A DNA stretch of 64,000 nucleotides from an uncultured Actinomycetes bacterium (GCA_963725665.1 CAVRZA010000001.1:96001-160000); one strand, 5' to 3'. Positions 20,733 through 30,740 are shown, numbered from the stretch's first letter. Notes: generated by a model from the letters alone, not told the origin. Translations and numbers: made by a program.

Positions 20733-20777
20733 GGCGAGGCGGCGGGGGCCCCGGGACGGGGCCCCCGCCGCCTCGCC
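20733..20777 (+). terminator. Perfect 21-bp GC hairpin (probable terminator)
   Basis: GGCGAGGCGGCGGGGGCCCCG-GGA-CGGGGCCCCCGCCGCCTCGCC directly after the GH9 stop; no U tract. Confidence 0.7.
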
Positions 20778-20893
20778 GCGGTCCTCTCCCAGCCACCCGG
20801 TGACGGTCTCGCGGTGGCTGCAGCCGTGCCGCGACCGCTCTCGGCACGGTTTCGAGGTGGTAGAGTGCGCGCGACGGCGGCAAGGAGGAGTCG

Positions 20894-22086
20894 GTGGGGG
20901 CGGTTGCTCTTGCGCGGGTGCGGCGCTACGACATCGACTGGCTGCGCATCGCCGCCGTCCTGCTGCTGATCCCCTTCCACACGGCGCGCGTGTTCAACGT
21001 CGGCGAGGAGTTCTACGCGAAGAACGACCCGATGAGCACCGCGCTGCAGCATTTCATCTACTTCGTCTACCCGTGGCACATGAGCCTGCTCTTCTTCCTC
21101 GCCGGCGCCGCGTCGTGGTTCGCCCTCGGTTTTCGTAGCAGCGGCCGATACGCGAGCGAGAGGCTGAAGCGCCTCATGGTGCCGTTCCTCTTCGGCCTGC
21201 TCGTCATCGTCCCGCCGCAGGCCTACATCGGCATGCTCACCAACAGCGCGGCGGATCGCTCGTGGTGGAGCCAGTACGCGTACTACTGGACGAACTGGAG
21301 CGATCCCCAAAGCTACGCCGGGCCGTGGACGCCCGGGCACCTCTGGTTCATCCTCTTCCTCTTCGTCTACTCGCTCCTGGCTCTGGGGATCTTCCTGTGG
21401 CTGCGCCGCGGCGGTCACCGGCTCATCGACTGGTTCGCGCGCGCCTGCCGCTTCCGCGGCATGGTCATACTGCTGCCCGCCATTCCTCTGCTCATTGAGA
21501 AGTCGGTGAACCCGATGGACGACCTCAGCGGACAGACGCCCGTCGGCTTCTTCCTGCTTTTCGTGCTGGGCTTCGTCATGGTCGCCGACGAGCGCATCGT
21601 GGCGGCCGTAGACCGGCATTGGCGCTGGGTGCTGCCGCTGGGCATCGCCTTCATGGCCGTGCGCGCCGGGCTCTGGCCGCACACCGACGAGTGGCCCGAC
21701 CCGAGCTGGCAGGACACGCTCGTCAACTGGTTGATGTACGTGTTCGGCGTCTGGATGATGATCGTCGGCCTGCTGGGGCTGTGCCACCGCTACGTCAACC
21801 GCGCGAATCGGGTGTACCGCTACGCGACCGAGGCCGCCTACCCCTTCTACATCCTGCACCAGACGGTGATCGTGCTCCTGGCCTACCTCGTCGTGCAGTG
21901 GGGCGTCGGCATCCCGGCAAAGTACACGATCATCGCCGTTGCGTCGTTCTGCCTGACGCTGGCCATCTACGAGGTCGCCGTGCGGCGCTGGGGCCCGTGC
22001 GCTTCCTCTTCGGCATGAAGCCGAAGAGGAAGCGCACGGTGGAGGCCGTGCCGGCAGAGCGCGTCGCCGAGCCGGCGGCGCGCTAG
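20894..22086 (+). CDS. Acyltransferase-3 family membrane protein (OpgC/MdoC-like); single-base deletion near 21996
   Basis: RRYDIDWLR, WHMSLLFFLAG, HLWF, YPFYILHQ; the C-terminus VRFLFGMK continues in another frame. Confidence 0.87.
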
Positions 22087-22295
22087 CCTGGCGCCTTCGG
22101 ATGTCGGCGGCGCGGTAGCCGGCGCACTCGACTGCAGTCGGCGGCGCGCCGGCCGGGCGCACTCGACCCCGCGCCGGCGGCGCCAGTTCGCCGTGCTGCG
22201 CGTGCCGTGTTTCGCGTGCGCGCGTCGACCCGTCGCTTTTCTTAACACGCCCCATCGGCTTCGAGGCGCAAGCGAACGGGCACAAGGGCAATAGC

Positions 22296-23126
22296 ATGAC
22301 TGCTACGCCTCCCGCCGACCTGGCCCTCGACGCCCGCCGCGAGATGCCGCGCGAGGCCTGCCGCATCGTCGATGCGGCACGCGCGCGCGGCATCGCGCTG
22401 CGTCTCCTGGGCGGCCTCGCCGTGCGCGCACACTGCAGCGAGATGGCCTTCTGCGACCGCGACTACGCCGATCTCGACATGGTCGGACGACGCCGGCAGA
22501 TCAGGGAGATCGCGGAACTGTTCGTCGATCTCGGCTACGGGGAGAACCCGCGCGCCCGGATGAGCACACGCGGACGCCAGCTCCAGTTCACCCGCGCTTG
22601 CGAACACGCCGACGCCGGTCTCGGTGTCTCGGTGCATCCCGACGACCACGTCGACGTCTTCCTCGACGTCTTCAAAATGGATCACGAGCTCGACCTGGGA
22701 GACCGCTTCGAGCTCGCGGACGAGTACACGTTGCCGGCTAACGACCTGCTGCTCACCAAGCTGCAGATCCACAAGACGAACGAGAAGGACCAGCGCGACA
22801 TCCTCACGTTGCTCAAAGACATGGAGCTGGGGGAGGACGTCCAGCAGGACAGGGCCGCGGACGTGATCGACGTGCTCTCCCTCGCCGGGCAGTGCGCTTC
22901 AGATTGGGGCCTGTACTACGACGTCGTGACGAACCTGGAGCGAACACGGGTCGCGCTCGATCGCTACGAGCTGGCCGCGGAGGAGCGTACGCGCCTGCGC
23001 GCGGCCCTCGACCGGCTCGGTCGGGCCATCGACGAGGCGCCCAAGTCGAGGGCCTGGCGCAGGCGCGCCAAGGTCGGCACGCGCAGGCCTTGGTACAACG
23101 AGGTCGAGGACCAGGACGAGGAGTAA
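22296..23126 (+). CDS. Uncharacterised nucleotidyltransferase-fold protein
   Basis: LLGGLAV..H...RDYADLD, DLLLTKLQI, KDQRD. Confidence 0.65.
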   Translation: MTATPPADLALDARREMPREACRIVDAARARGIALRLLGGLAVRAHCSEMAFCDRDYADLDMVGRRRQIREIAELFVDLGYGENPRARMSTRGRQLQFTRACEHADAGLGVSVHPDDHVDVFLDVFKMDHELDLGDRFELADEYTLPANDLLLTKLQIHKTNEKDQRDILTLLKDMELGEDVQQDRAADVIDVLSLAGQCASDWGLYYDVVTNLERTRVALDRYELAAEERTRLRAALDRLGRAIDEAPKSRAWRRRAKVGTRRPWYNEVEDQDEE

Positions 23127-23174
23127 GGCTCGGAGCTGCGGGCCCCGACTCTGACGGCCCGCGCGTGACGAGCC

Positions 23175-23822
23175 TCAGCCGGACGATGGGCGCGCGATCC
23201 TCTCTGCGGCGGCTCGCTGTTCGCGCTCCACCTCGTCGCGTACACAGCAACCCACGACGTGGTCGTTGACCATCCCGTAGGCCTGCATGCCGGCGTAGAG
23301 CGTCGTCGGCCCGAGGAAGCGGAAGCCACGCCGGCGTAGCTCTCGAGCGAGGGCCTCGGCCTCAGGCGTCTTCGCCACGTAGTCGGCCATGCGCCTGATG
23401 GGCTCCTGCCGTTCGGGGCGGTACGACCAGAGGAAGGCCGCCAGCGAACCGTGCTCCTCGACGAGCTCCAGGGCGAGGCGCGCGTTGCGCACGGCGGCCT
23501 CGATCTTGCGCCGGTTGCGCACGATGCCGGCATCGGCGAGGAGCCGCTGCACGTCGTCCTCGCCGTAGCCGGCCACCGTGGCGATGTCGAAGCCGGAGAA
23601 CGCCACGCGGAAGGCTTCACGCTTGCGCAGGATGGTCAACCACGAGAGGCCGGACTGGAACCCCTCCAGGCACAGCCGCTCGAAGAGCTCGTTGTCGTCG
23701 AGCAGCGGACGGCCCCACTCCTGGTCGTGGTAGGGCGTATAGTCCGCGGAGCCGACGGCCCAGAAACAGCGCAGTCGGCCGTCGGCCCCGCGCGCCAGAG
23801 CATCCGAGGTGGTCGCGTTCAC
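23175..23822 (-). CDS. tag: DNA-3-methyladenine glycosylase I
   Basis: RCFW, YHDQEWG, LEGFQSGLSWLTILRKRE, IVRNRRKI, GPTT, NDHVVGC. Confidence 0.95.
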   Translation of the reverse strand: MNATTSDALARGADGRLRCFWAVGSADYTPYHDQEWGRPLLDDNELFERLCLEGFQSGLSWLTILRKREAFRVAFSGFDIATVAGYGEDDVQRLLADAGIVRNRRKIEAAVRNARLALELVEEHGSLAAFLWSYRPERQEPIRRMADYVAKTPEAEALARELRRRGFRFLGPTTLYAGMQAYGMVNDHVVGCCVRDEVEREQRAAAERIARPSSG

Positions 23823-23931
23823 ATTGGGAGCCTAGCAGCCGGCGGACGTCGTTGCGCGTCGGTTACTCGCCGGCAGAGCCAGCCACGGCCGGGACGCCGC
23901 TCGCACGCTCGGCCGCTTGGCTCCGCGGCGC

Positions 23932-24315
23932 TCAGGCGGTCCGATAGACCACCTCAAACCGATTGCCGCTGGGATCCCGGAAGAAGAACGCGTAGTAGCT
24001 CGGGTCGTATTCGGGACACTCGCGCGGCCCGCTCTCGACCTGCGCGCCGGCGGCGCGGGCGATCGCCGCCACCCTGTCGACCTCGTCGCGGCTCTCGGCC
24101 CAGAAGGCGATCCTGTTCTCGTTGGGCACGTGGCCGCGGTCTTCGGTGATAGCGAAGTACGCGGCCGAGGGCAGGCTGCCCTCGGCCGCCCAGCCCTTCC
24201 ACGTCTCGCCGTGGTACACGTGCACGAACCCCAAAGCTGGGAGCAGGGCGGCGTAGAAGGGCAGGGCCTCCTCCATGTCGCCGACACGCAGATCGATGTG
24301 GCCGAAGCGGTTCAT
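23932..24315 (-). CDS. VOC/glyoxalase-family protein
   Basis: HIDLRV, YYAFFFRDPSGNRFEVV. Confidence 0.9.
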   Translation of the reverse strand: MNRFGHIDLRVGDMEEALPFYAALLPALGFVHVYHGETWKGWAAEGSLPSAAYFAITEDRGHVPNENRIAFWAESRDEVDRVAAIARAAGAQVESGPRECPEYDPSYYAFFFRDPSGNRFEVVYRTA

Positions 24316-24396
24316 CCCGGGCCCTCCCTTGTGGCCGACCTCGTCTTTCGCCGGTGCGGGGAGCAGTCTACCTGAGGCGCTATACTGGGCCTCCGT

Positions 24397-24472
24397 GGGC
24401 CGCTAGCTCAGATGGGAGAGCGCCGCCTTTGCACGGCGGAGGTCAGGGGTTCGACTCCCCTGCGGTCCACCA
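24397..24472 (+). tRNA. tRNA-Ala (TGC)
   Basis: Cloverleaf: GGGCCGC/GCGGTCC acceptor stem with G3:U70, CCGCC-TTTGCAC-GGCGG anticodon arm, GTTCGA, encoded CCA; TATACT -10 at 24381. Confidence 0.97.
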
Positions 24473-24602
24473 CCTCGCTTACGCTCGTTTGCAGCGGGGT
24501 ATAGCGAACGCCCCGCGTGTGAACACCGTGGCGGGGTTCAGTGGCAGGATGACGAGGTCGCGGACGCGGGGCGGCGGGAGGTCGTGCTGCCGGCGGGGCG
24601 CG

Positions 24603-25697
24603 CTACGGTCGTCCGACCGTTCTTCGCGTCGTATGCGACGACATGACATCGGCGCCGGATCCCCGAGACTCCGCCGGCCGGACGGCGCACCCGGCGTTCA
24701 GTCCGAGCTCTGCTCCCGGCGCGACGACGATGACGATGTTGCCCAGCTTCTGCTCCGTCTCGGCGTACCGGTGGGCCTCGGCCATCTGGTCGAGGGGGTA
24801 CTGGCGGTCGATGATGGGTCGGAGCTTCCCGGCCTCGACGAGCTCCGTGACGGCGCGCAGGTGCTCGCCCGTGCCGGTGCCCGAGCTGAAGACCATCTTC
24901 TTGTCGCCGGTCAGCGAGGTCCAGAGCCCGCGGATGAACTGGGACGTGTGCGGATTGGCCACCACGTACCGCCCGCGGGGACGCAGCAGGCGGACGACGC
25001 GGCCGAAGGGCGCCCGGCCGACGACGTCGAAGACGATGTCGAAGTTCCCCGCGCCGTCCGTGAAGTCCCGTTCGGTATAGTCGATGACCTGGTCAGCGCC
25101 GATCTCGCGGAGCATCTCGAGCTTGCCGGTGCTGTCGACGGCGACCACCTCGGCGCCGGCATGCTTCGCCAGTTGGACCGCGTAGGTTCCGAAGCTCCCG
25201 CCGGCGCCGATGATGAGGACCCTCTGCCCGGCGCCGATGCCGCCCTTGCGCAAGAAGCGAAACGCCTCCGTCGCGCCGTAGGGGACGGCGGCGGCCTCGG
25301 CGTAGCTCATGGCCGCCGGCATGGGGGCCACGACGCTGCCGGCGCGGCGTCCGCCCACACGGACGTACTCGGCGTACGCCCCGAGTCCGATCCCGGTCGT
25401 GCCGTAGACGCGGTCTCCGGGCGCGAAGGAGGTCGCCCCGTCACCGAGCGACTCCACCTCGCCGGCGAACTCCTGGCCCAGGATGCGGACCCGGGGCCTC
25501 ACGACGCCGAACGCCAGACGGAGGGGGAGCCAGATCCACGCAGGGAACTCGAACCGGCGGATCTCGCAGTCCGCCCTGGAGACCGTCGTGGCGCGGATGC
25601 GGACGAGCACCTCGCCGTCCTTCGGGCGCGGCTTCTCGACCTCCTCGAGCTTGAGGACGTCCGGGCCGCCGTAGGCTGTGCAGACGATCGCCTTCAT
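24603..25697 (-). CDS. NAD(P)-dependent MDR-family alcohol dehydrogenase/oxidoreductase
   Basis: MKAIVCTAYGGPDVL, ILGQEFAGEV, GAGGSFG, ADQVIDY. Confidence 0.9.
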   Translation of the reverse strand: MKAIVCTAYGGPDVLKLEEVEKPRPKDGEVLVRIRATTVSRADCEIRRFEFPAWIWLPLRLAFGVVRPRVRILGQEFAGEVESLGDGATSFAPGDRVYGTTGIGLGAYAEYVRVGGRRAGSVVAPMPAAMSYAEAAAVPYGATEAFRFLRKGGIGAGQRVLIIGAGGSFGTYAVQLAKHAGAEVVAVDSTGKLEMLREIGADQVIDYTERDFTDGAGNFDIVFDVVGRAPFGRVVRLLRPRGRYVVANPHTSQFIRGLWTSLTGDKKMVFSSGTGTGEHLRAVTELVEAGKLRPIIDRQYPLDQMAEAHRYAETEQKLGNIVIVVAPGAELGLNAGCAVRPAESRGSGADVMSSHTTRRTVGRP

Positions 25698-25941
25698 GAA
25701 TACCTCGCAGTCCCTCGCAGTCGCGTGCGCCCTGTCGGGGCCATTCTCTCGCACCTTCTGCCCTGACGCCCCGGAGTCTTGCCGAGGCCGGCGGCACGCG
25801 GGAAGGCGGCGGCTACATGGTGCGGCCTGTTCCTGACCAGGCATTCCCGACGTGAGGAGTTCGAGCAGGACGACAGTCCACGGGCGGAGCGGGGAATGGC
25901 AACTCATCGAGAGGCGATCAGCCGCACGACCTCTTCACGAA

Positions 25942-25985
25942 GGTTCGAGAGTTGTCCCCTTAGGTCCACCAGCCTGCTTACGCTC
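25942..25985 (+). repeat. Decayed tRNA-Ala 3'-end copy (att remnant A)
   Basis: GGTTCGA..TCCCCTTAGGTCCACCA (15/17 to the tRNA end), then GCTTACGCTC as after the intact tRNA. Confidence 0.7.
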
Positions 25986-26345
25986 AGACGCAGGCGTTTC
26001 TCGCTCTCCATCTACCGCACCTGACCCTTGGGAGGCCCTGTTCGCATCCGGTCGGCGAGACCGAAGCGAGGGCGAATCTGATCTTGTCCCCTTCTGGAGC
26101 TTCGTTCCGCCCCGGGGCGGTGACCGCATCGAGCGCTAACCCCTTCGTCTACGTCGCTGACCAATCTCACGTCAAGGAGGAGTTGCAGCCCTACGACTGG
26201 TAGCGCGACCTTGTGGTACGCGGTGCGCGAGAGCATGGGCTGCCCGTAGTCAGACCAGTGGAGACCTCGGCTGCCAATTCCTTGAGCCCAGTGCTTGCAG
26301 GCCGTTTGCTGGACAGGTCTCTTGACCCACTGCACAAAGCTGGCT

Positions 26346-27269
26346 ATGAACGACCCACGGCGAACGAAGGGGGAGGCGGAGACGGCAGCTCGACCCTGGT
26401 GGCGCGGGCCGCGGGACGGGGCATGGCGGTTCACGCAGGCCGCGGCGGCAGGCGGCCTCACCCGCATGGCCGCCGCCCTCACCTACTACCTTGTGCTCGC
26501 CATCTTCCCGGCGCTGCTCATCGTCGCCGGCCTGCTCGGCGCGGTCGGTCTCTCGCCGCAGAGCGTCGCTGCCCTGCTTGACGCCGTCGCCGCGGTGGGC
26601 CCGGACTGGGCCGTGGGCTTCGTGCAGGGCACCCTCTCCAGCGTGCTCTCGGCCCGCGGCACGTCCCTCGCGCTCGGCGCCGGCGTGCTGCTCGCGCTGT
26701 GGACCGCCTCCAGCTACGTGTCGGCCTTCCTCTGGGCGGCGCAGCAGATGGAGGGCCGGCAGCCGCGATCCTTCCTGCGGGAGCTGCCCGTGCGCTTGGG
26801 CCTCGCGCTGCTCCTGCTTCTCCTGCTGGCCGCGTGCGCGGCGGCGATCGTGGTGGCGGGGCCGTTCGCCAAGTGGCTCGGCGATTTGCTGGGCCTAGGC
26901 GACGCCGTGCTCACGGCCTGGTCGTGGCTGAAGTGGCCCTTCCTCTTCGGCGTCGCCTTGCTCGTGCTGCTGCTCCTGTATCGCGCTGCAGCACAACACG
27001 GGACTCGCTGGCGGAGCCAGATCGCGGGCGCGGCCGCCGGCGTGGTCATCGTGCTCGTCGTCTCGGCGGGCTTCAGCGTGTACCTGAGCCATTTCGCCTC
27101 CTACAACAAGGTCTACGGAGCCCTCGCCACCGGCATCGCCTTCCTCGTGTGGGCGTGGCTTGTCAACGCTGCCGTGCTGCTGGGTTTCCTGGCGATGGCC
27201 ACTTGGGAGCAAGGCGCGAGAACGAAGCGGGATGGCGCGTCGAACGCCGAGCAGGAAGCCGACCACTGA
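26346..27269 (+). CDS. YihY/virulence factor BrkB family membrane protein
   Basis: AAALTYYLVLAIFP, ALWTASSY, SYNKVYGALA. Confidence 0.9.
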   Translation: MNDPRRTKGEAETAARPWWRGPRDGAWRFTQAAAAGGLTRMAAALTYYLVLAIFPALLIVAGLLGAVGLSPQSVAALLDAVAAVGPDWAVGFVQGTLSSVLSARGTSLALGAGVLLALWTASSYVSAFLWAAQQMEGRQPRSFLRELPVRLGLALLLLLLLAACAAAIVVAGPFAKWLGDLLGLGDAVLTAWSWLKWPFLFGVALLVLLLLYRAAAQHGTRWRSQIAGAAAGVVIVLVVSAGFSVYLSHFASYNKVYGALATGIAFLVWAWLVNAAVLLGFLAMATWEQGARTKRDGASNAEQEADH

Positions 27270-27896
27270 CGCCACCACAAGGGAGCCGTCTGTGAACATC
27301 CGCAGGTTGCGACACTTCCCGCAACCCGTCTGCAACCAGACTCAGCGGCAGTAGCTAACGCCTTCGCTCACCAGGTAGCCTTCGGACGCGAGGAGGCCTT
27401 CCGTTGCCTTCCCGCGCCTCTCACCCGCGAGACGGCCCAGGGTGCTTCTCGATATCTCAGAGCGCTTCGGAGATACCCTCCGTGGGCTAGAGAAGGCCTG
27501 TCTTGGGCCAGATCATGACCAGCCTCTCGCCGATCGGCTCAAGGGTTTGCGTTTGCAGGCTGTTTGCAGACGGGTGACCGAGCCTACGTCGCGGCCGCAT
27601 TCCCACGCTTGCTGCGGCGCCCCCCAGCTCCCTCTGACCTACGCCCCCCCAAGGCGGCGCCGGTTTCCCAAGCTGGACGGTTGCCGAGCTGGGCGAGATG
27701 GTGAACCAAGCCGGGCACGGTGCTCGTGATATCGTCCTCGTGCCCCAACGGGCTCTCGAAGGGGGAAACCAGTGCTACGACACGCTCTCGTCTGTCTCTT
27801 CTCTGCGCCGGCGTTCGATGCTGCGGCCTACGCCGACGGCGGCAGGACTCGGTCAGCCGGCAGCAGGCCGTGACCCCCGCCACGTAGGCTCAGAGC

Positions 27897-29060
27897 GTGA
27901 TGGACGTCGTAGAGCGCTACCTCCTCCTCTCGCTGCGCCTCGGGCGCCACATCGACGGCTTCGTCGACTTCTACTACGGCCCGCCCGAACTTGCCGAGCG
28001 GGTCGTGGGCGAGGAGCCGGCCGCGCCGGGGACACTCGCCGACGAGGCGCGGGAGCTCGTCCGCTCCCTCGGCGACCTCGGCGACTCGCAGCGCGAGCGC
28101 TGGCTCGCGGCGCAGCTGGAGGGCCTTGCCGCCGTCACCGAGCGGCTCGACGGTAGGCCAATGTCGTACGCGGAGGAGGTGCGCCGTTGCTACGGCATCG
28201 ATCTCGACCCCGCGTCCGAGGACGAGCTTGCGGCGGCGCACCGGCGTCTCGACGAGCTGCTCCCGGGCCCGGGCCCCCTGGGCGAGCGCTTCCGCGCGTG
28301 GCGCCGAGAGCGCGAGCTGCCGCCAGACGCCGTCCTCCCGGCGATGGAGGCACTGACGACGGAGCTGCGCCGGCGCACCAACGCGCTCTTCGGCCTGCCG
28401 GAGGGCGAGGCGGCCGAGATGGAGCTCGTCTCGAACGAGCCCTGGGACGCGTTCAACTACTACCTGGGCGGCAGGCGCAGCCGGATCGCCCTCAACACCG
28501 ACCTCCCCTTGCGGGCGGAGGTACTGCCCATCGTCGTGGCCCATGAGATCTACCCGGGCCACCACACGGAGAACGCGCTCAAGGAGGCCCTGCTCGTCGA
28601 CGGTCGCGGGCACCTCGAGCAGGCGATCGCCCCGGTGGGGACGCCGCAATCGCTTGTCGCGGAGGGGATCGCGACCACGGCGCTGGACATCCTCGGCGAG
28701 GAGGCGGAGGTCGCGTGCGCGCAAATCCTCGCCGGCTTGGGCGCCGGCTACGACGTAGAGCTGGTGCGCGCGGTTCGCGAGGCCGAGCAGCCGATGTGGC
28801 GCGTCGACGACTGCGCCGCGCACATGATCCACGTGCAGGGCCGCGATCTCGACGACGCGCGCGCGTTCGTGAGCCGCTGGTCGCTGCGCCCGCCGGACGA
28901 GGTAGAGAAGACGATCGAGTTCGTCACCCACCCGACCTGGCGCGCGTACGTCGTCGTGTACGAGACGGGGCGGCGGCTCGTCGAGGCGTGGACGGCGGCT
29001 GACCCTGCGCGCTACCGGCGACTGCTGACCGAACAGCTGACCACCACGGATCTGCAATAG
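27897..29060 (+). CDS. DUF885-like protein (HExxPGHH putative metallopeptidase)
   Basis: AHEIYPGHH, AEGIA; TAGGCT -10 lies 6 nt before the GTG. Confidence 0.7.
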   Translation: MMDVVERYLLLSLRLGRHIDGFVDFYYGPPELAERVVGEEPAAPGTLADEARELVRSLGDLGDSQRERWLAAQLEGLAAVTERLDGRPMSYAEEVRRCYGIDLDPASEDELAAAHRRLDELLPGPGPLGERFRAWRRERELPPDAVLPAMEALTTELRRRTNALFGLPEGEAAEMELVSNEPWDAFNYYLGGRRSRIALNTDLPLRAEVLPIVVAHEIYPGHHTENALKEALLVDGRGHLEQAIAPVGTPQSLVAEGIATTALDILGEEAEVACAQILAGLGAGYDVELVRAVREAEQPMWRVDDCAAHMIHVQGRDLDDARAFVSRWSLRPPDEVEKTIEFVTHPTWRAYVVVYETGRRLVEAWTAADPARYRRLLTEQLTTTDLQ

Positions 29061-29159
29061 GCGCACACGGTCGCGTCAAGAGGAGGCCAGGGAGTGCTGA
29101 CCTCCGCCCCCCAACGGCGGCGCACGACGACCCCAGCCTCAGCGGCGCTGGGCCGCATG

Positions 29160-30587
29160 CTAGACGGACACGGCAGCCGTGATTACGTCCAGTTCGCGCA
29201 CTTGATCGGCTGAAAGCAGCGGCCCACGCTCGTCGGCGAGTGCAAGAACCTCGCGCACCCGTTCGCACGCCACGTCGTACTCGGTGCGTCCTACCTCCTG
29301 CCATTTCTCGTAGGACAATCGCGAGGCAATCGAGGGGAGGAACTGCTCCCCGGCACGAACGCGGCGCCTGGTTTCCTTCTCGCGCAGGTAGTCGCCGCTG
29401 AAGCCGACCCGCTCGATCATGTCGGCCATGATCGTCTCTGGCGTGATCTCAACCTCGCCCAAGATGCGCTTGATCATCTGGGCTATCTCGTTGTCGATGA
29501 TGATTTGCGGCAGAGACAAGACACCGGCGCCGTTCAGTAGCCCTATCCCTCCTGTCATGAGGTCTGCGCCACTCGACGCGACTACCAAGCCCTTCAACGC
29601 CTTCTCGAAGCCCGCTTGAACTCCCGCGTACTTTGCATCGGTGGCGAGGGCTGGTGCCAGGGCTGGGACCCCCAGGTAGTGCGAGACCTCAACACAGGCC
29701 GCAGATATCTGCCCCGCCTCCAGAGCAGCAAATGCGAAGGTCGTTGTACGCATGTCGAGGACCCCGGCGCAGGCTCCCATCATCAGAGGCGCTCCGGGAC
29801 AGCTCAACTGCACGGCAGTCGCCGCACCGAGGAACTCGGCGATGTTCATGACGACTGCCCCCGCGACGGTGATCGGCGCCGTGCCTCCGGTGGTTGGCAT
29901 CGACAGGATGTTCACCGGGAACCCGTGCACAGCCATCTCGATGCAGGCATCGAGCGCCGGGCCGTGCGCCTGCATCGGCGACGCAGTGGTGGTGATGAAG
30001 CTGACGCGTGGGCGGTGCCGCCGGCTCTCGAGATCGCCGCCGACCACTTCGGTCATCCGAAGGATGGGATCTACCTGTGACAGGTCCTCTATCTGTACCT
30101 GTACATGCTTGCCTGTTGAAGCCAGCGTTGCGGCGATCTCCACCACAATGCGGCCCTGGGGCGGACAGTCGTTGCCCGCCACAATCGGCCAGATGATGTC
30201 GACCGCTGACATCGAGTCGAGGACAGTTGTCGCTTTGCGGAGATCCTCGACCGTCGTCGACCGGTACGCCCCAGTTTCGAAGTCAATGGTCCTACTGGCT
30301 TGACCGGAGTTGAGAAAGTGGATGCTTCCGTCTAGGACACAATCGCGGTCCGGCGTCGCGCCGCCTAAGACATAGCTGTGGGGCATCGTGGCCAGGGCAC
30401 ACTCAACGAGGCGTCGGGGAATCCGGGCAGTCCCTGTTTCACGATCGACAGCTGCGCCGGCGTTCGCCAGCGTCTCCAGCGCCCTTCCCGGCCCGAACCG
30501 CATCCCCATGTGCTCAAGCAGGCTGACCGCCTCTTCGTAGACTAGTGCTCGCTCCTCTTTCGTCGTCCACCCGACGCGTGCTCTCAC
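29160..30587 (-). CDS. MttB-superfamily (trimethylamine methyltransferase family) corrinoid methyltransferase, non-pyrrolysine
   Basis: GGTAPITVAGAVV..IAEFL, PGAP, TDAK..G.QAGFEK, IDNEI; Ala at the Pyl-equivalent position. Confidence 0.92.
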   Translation of the reverse strand: MRARVGWTTKEERALVYEEAVSLLEHMGMRFGPGRALETLANAGAAVDRETGTARIPRRLVECALATMPHSYVLGGATPDRDCVLDGSIHFLNSGQASRTIDFETGAYRSTTVEDLRKATTVLDSMSAVDIIWPIVAGNDCPPQGRIVVEIAATLASTGKHVQVQIEDLSQVDPILRMTEVVGGDLESRRHRPRVSFITTTASPMQAHGPALDACIEMAVHGFPVNILSMPTTGGTAPITVAGAVVMNIAEFLGAATAVQLSCPGAPLMMGACAGVLDMRTTTFAFAALEAGQISAACVEVSHYLGVPALAPALATDAKYAGVQAGFEKALKGLVVASSGADLMTGGIGLLNGAGVLSLPQIIIDNEIAQMIKRILGEVEITPETIMADMIERVGFSGDYLREKETRRRVRAGEQFLPSIASRLSYEKWQEVGRTEYDVACERVREVLALADERGPLLSADQVRELDVITAAVSV

Positions 30588-30740
30588 CGCCAGCCTCCCA
30601 TTCCGAAGCTATCGATCACTGTTGGTCGAAGACTCTCGGACAGCCACTGCACGATGTGCAACCGGCGCGACCCTCCTTCTTGCTCCTGAGATCGTCGGTG
30701 ATGTGACGAGTCGAACGCTGTCGCGAGGATCAGTGTTCCC

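Noticed and set aside
323-22393. Many long overlapping ORFs in the track (e.g. 323-1174 +, 15136-16698 -, 19895-22393 -)
   Set aside because: Antisense or shifted shadows of high-GC genes, Arg/Pro/Ala-rich, with no motifs.
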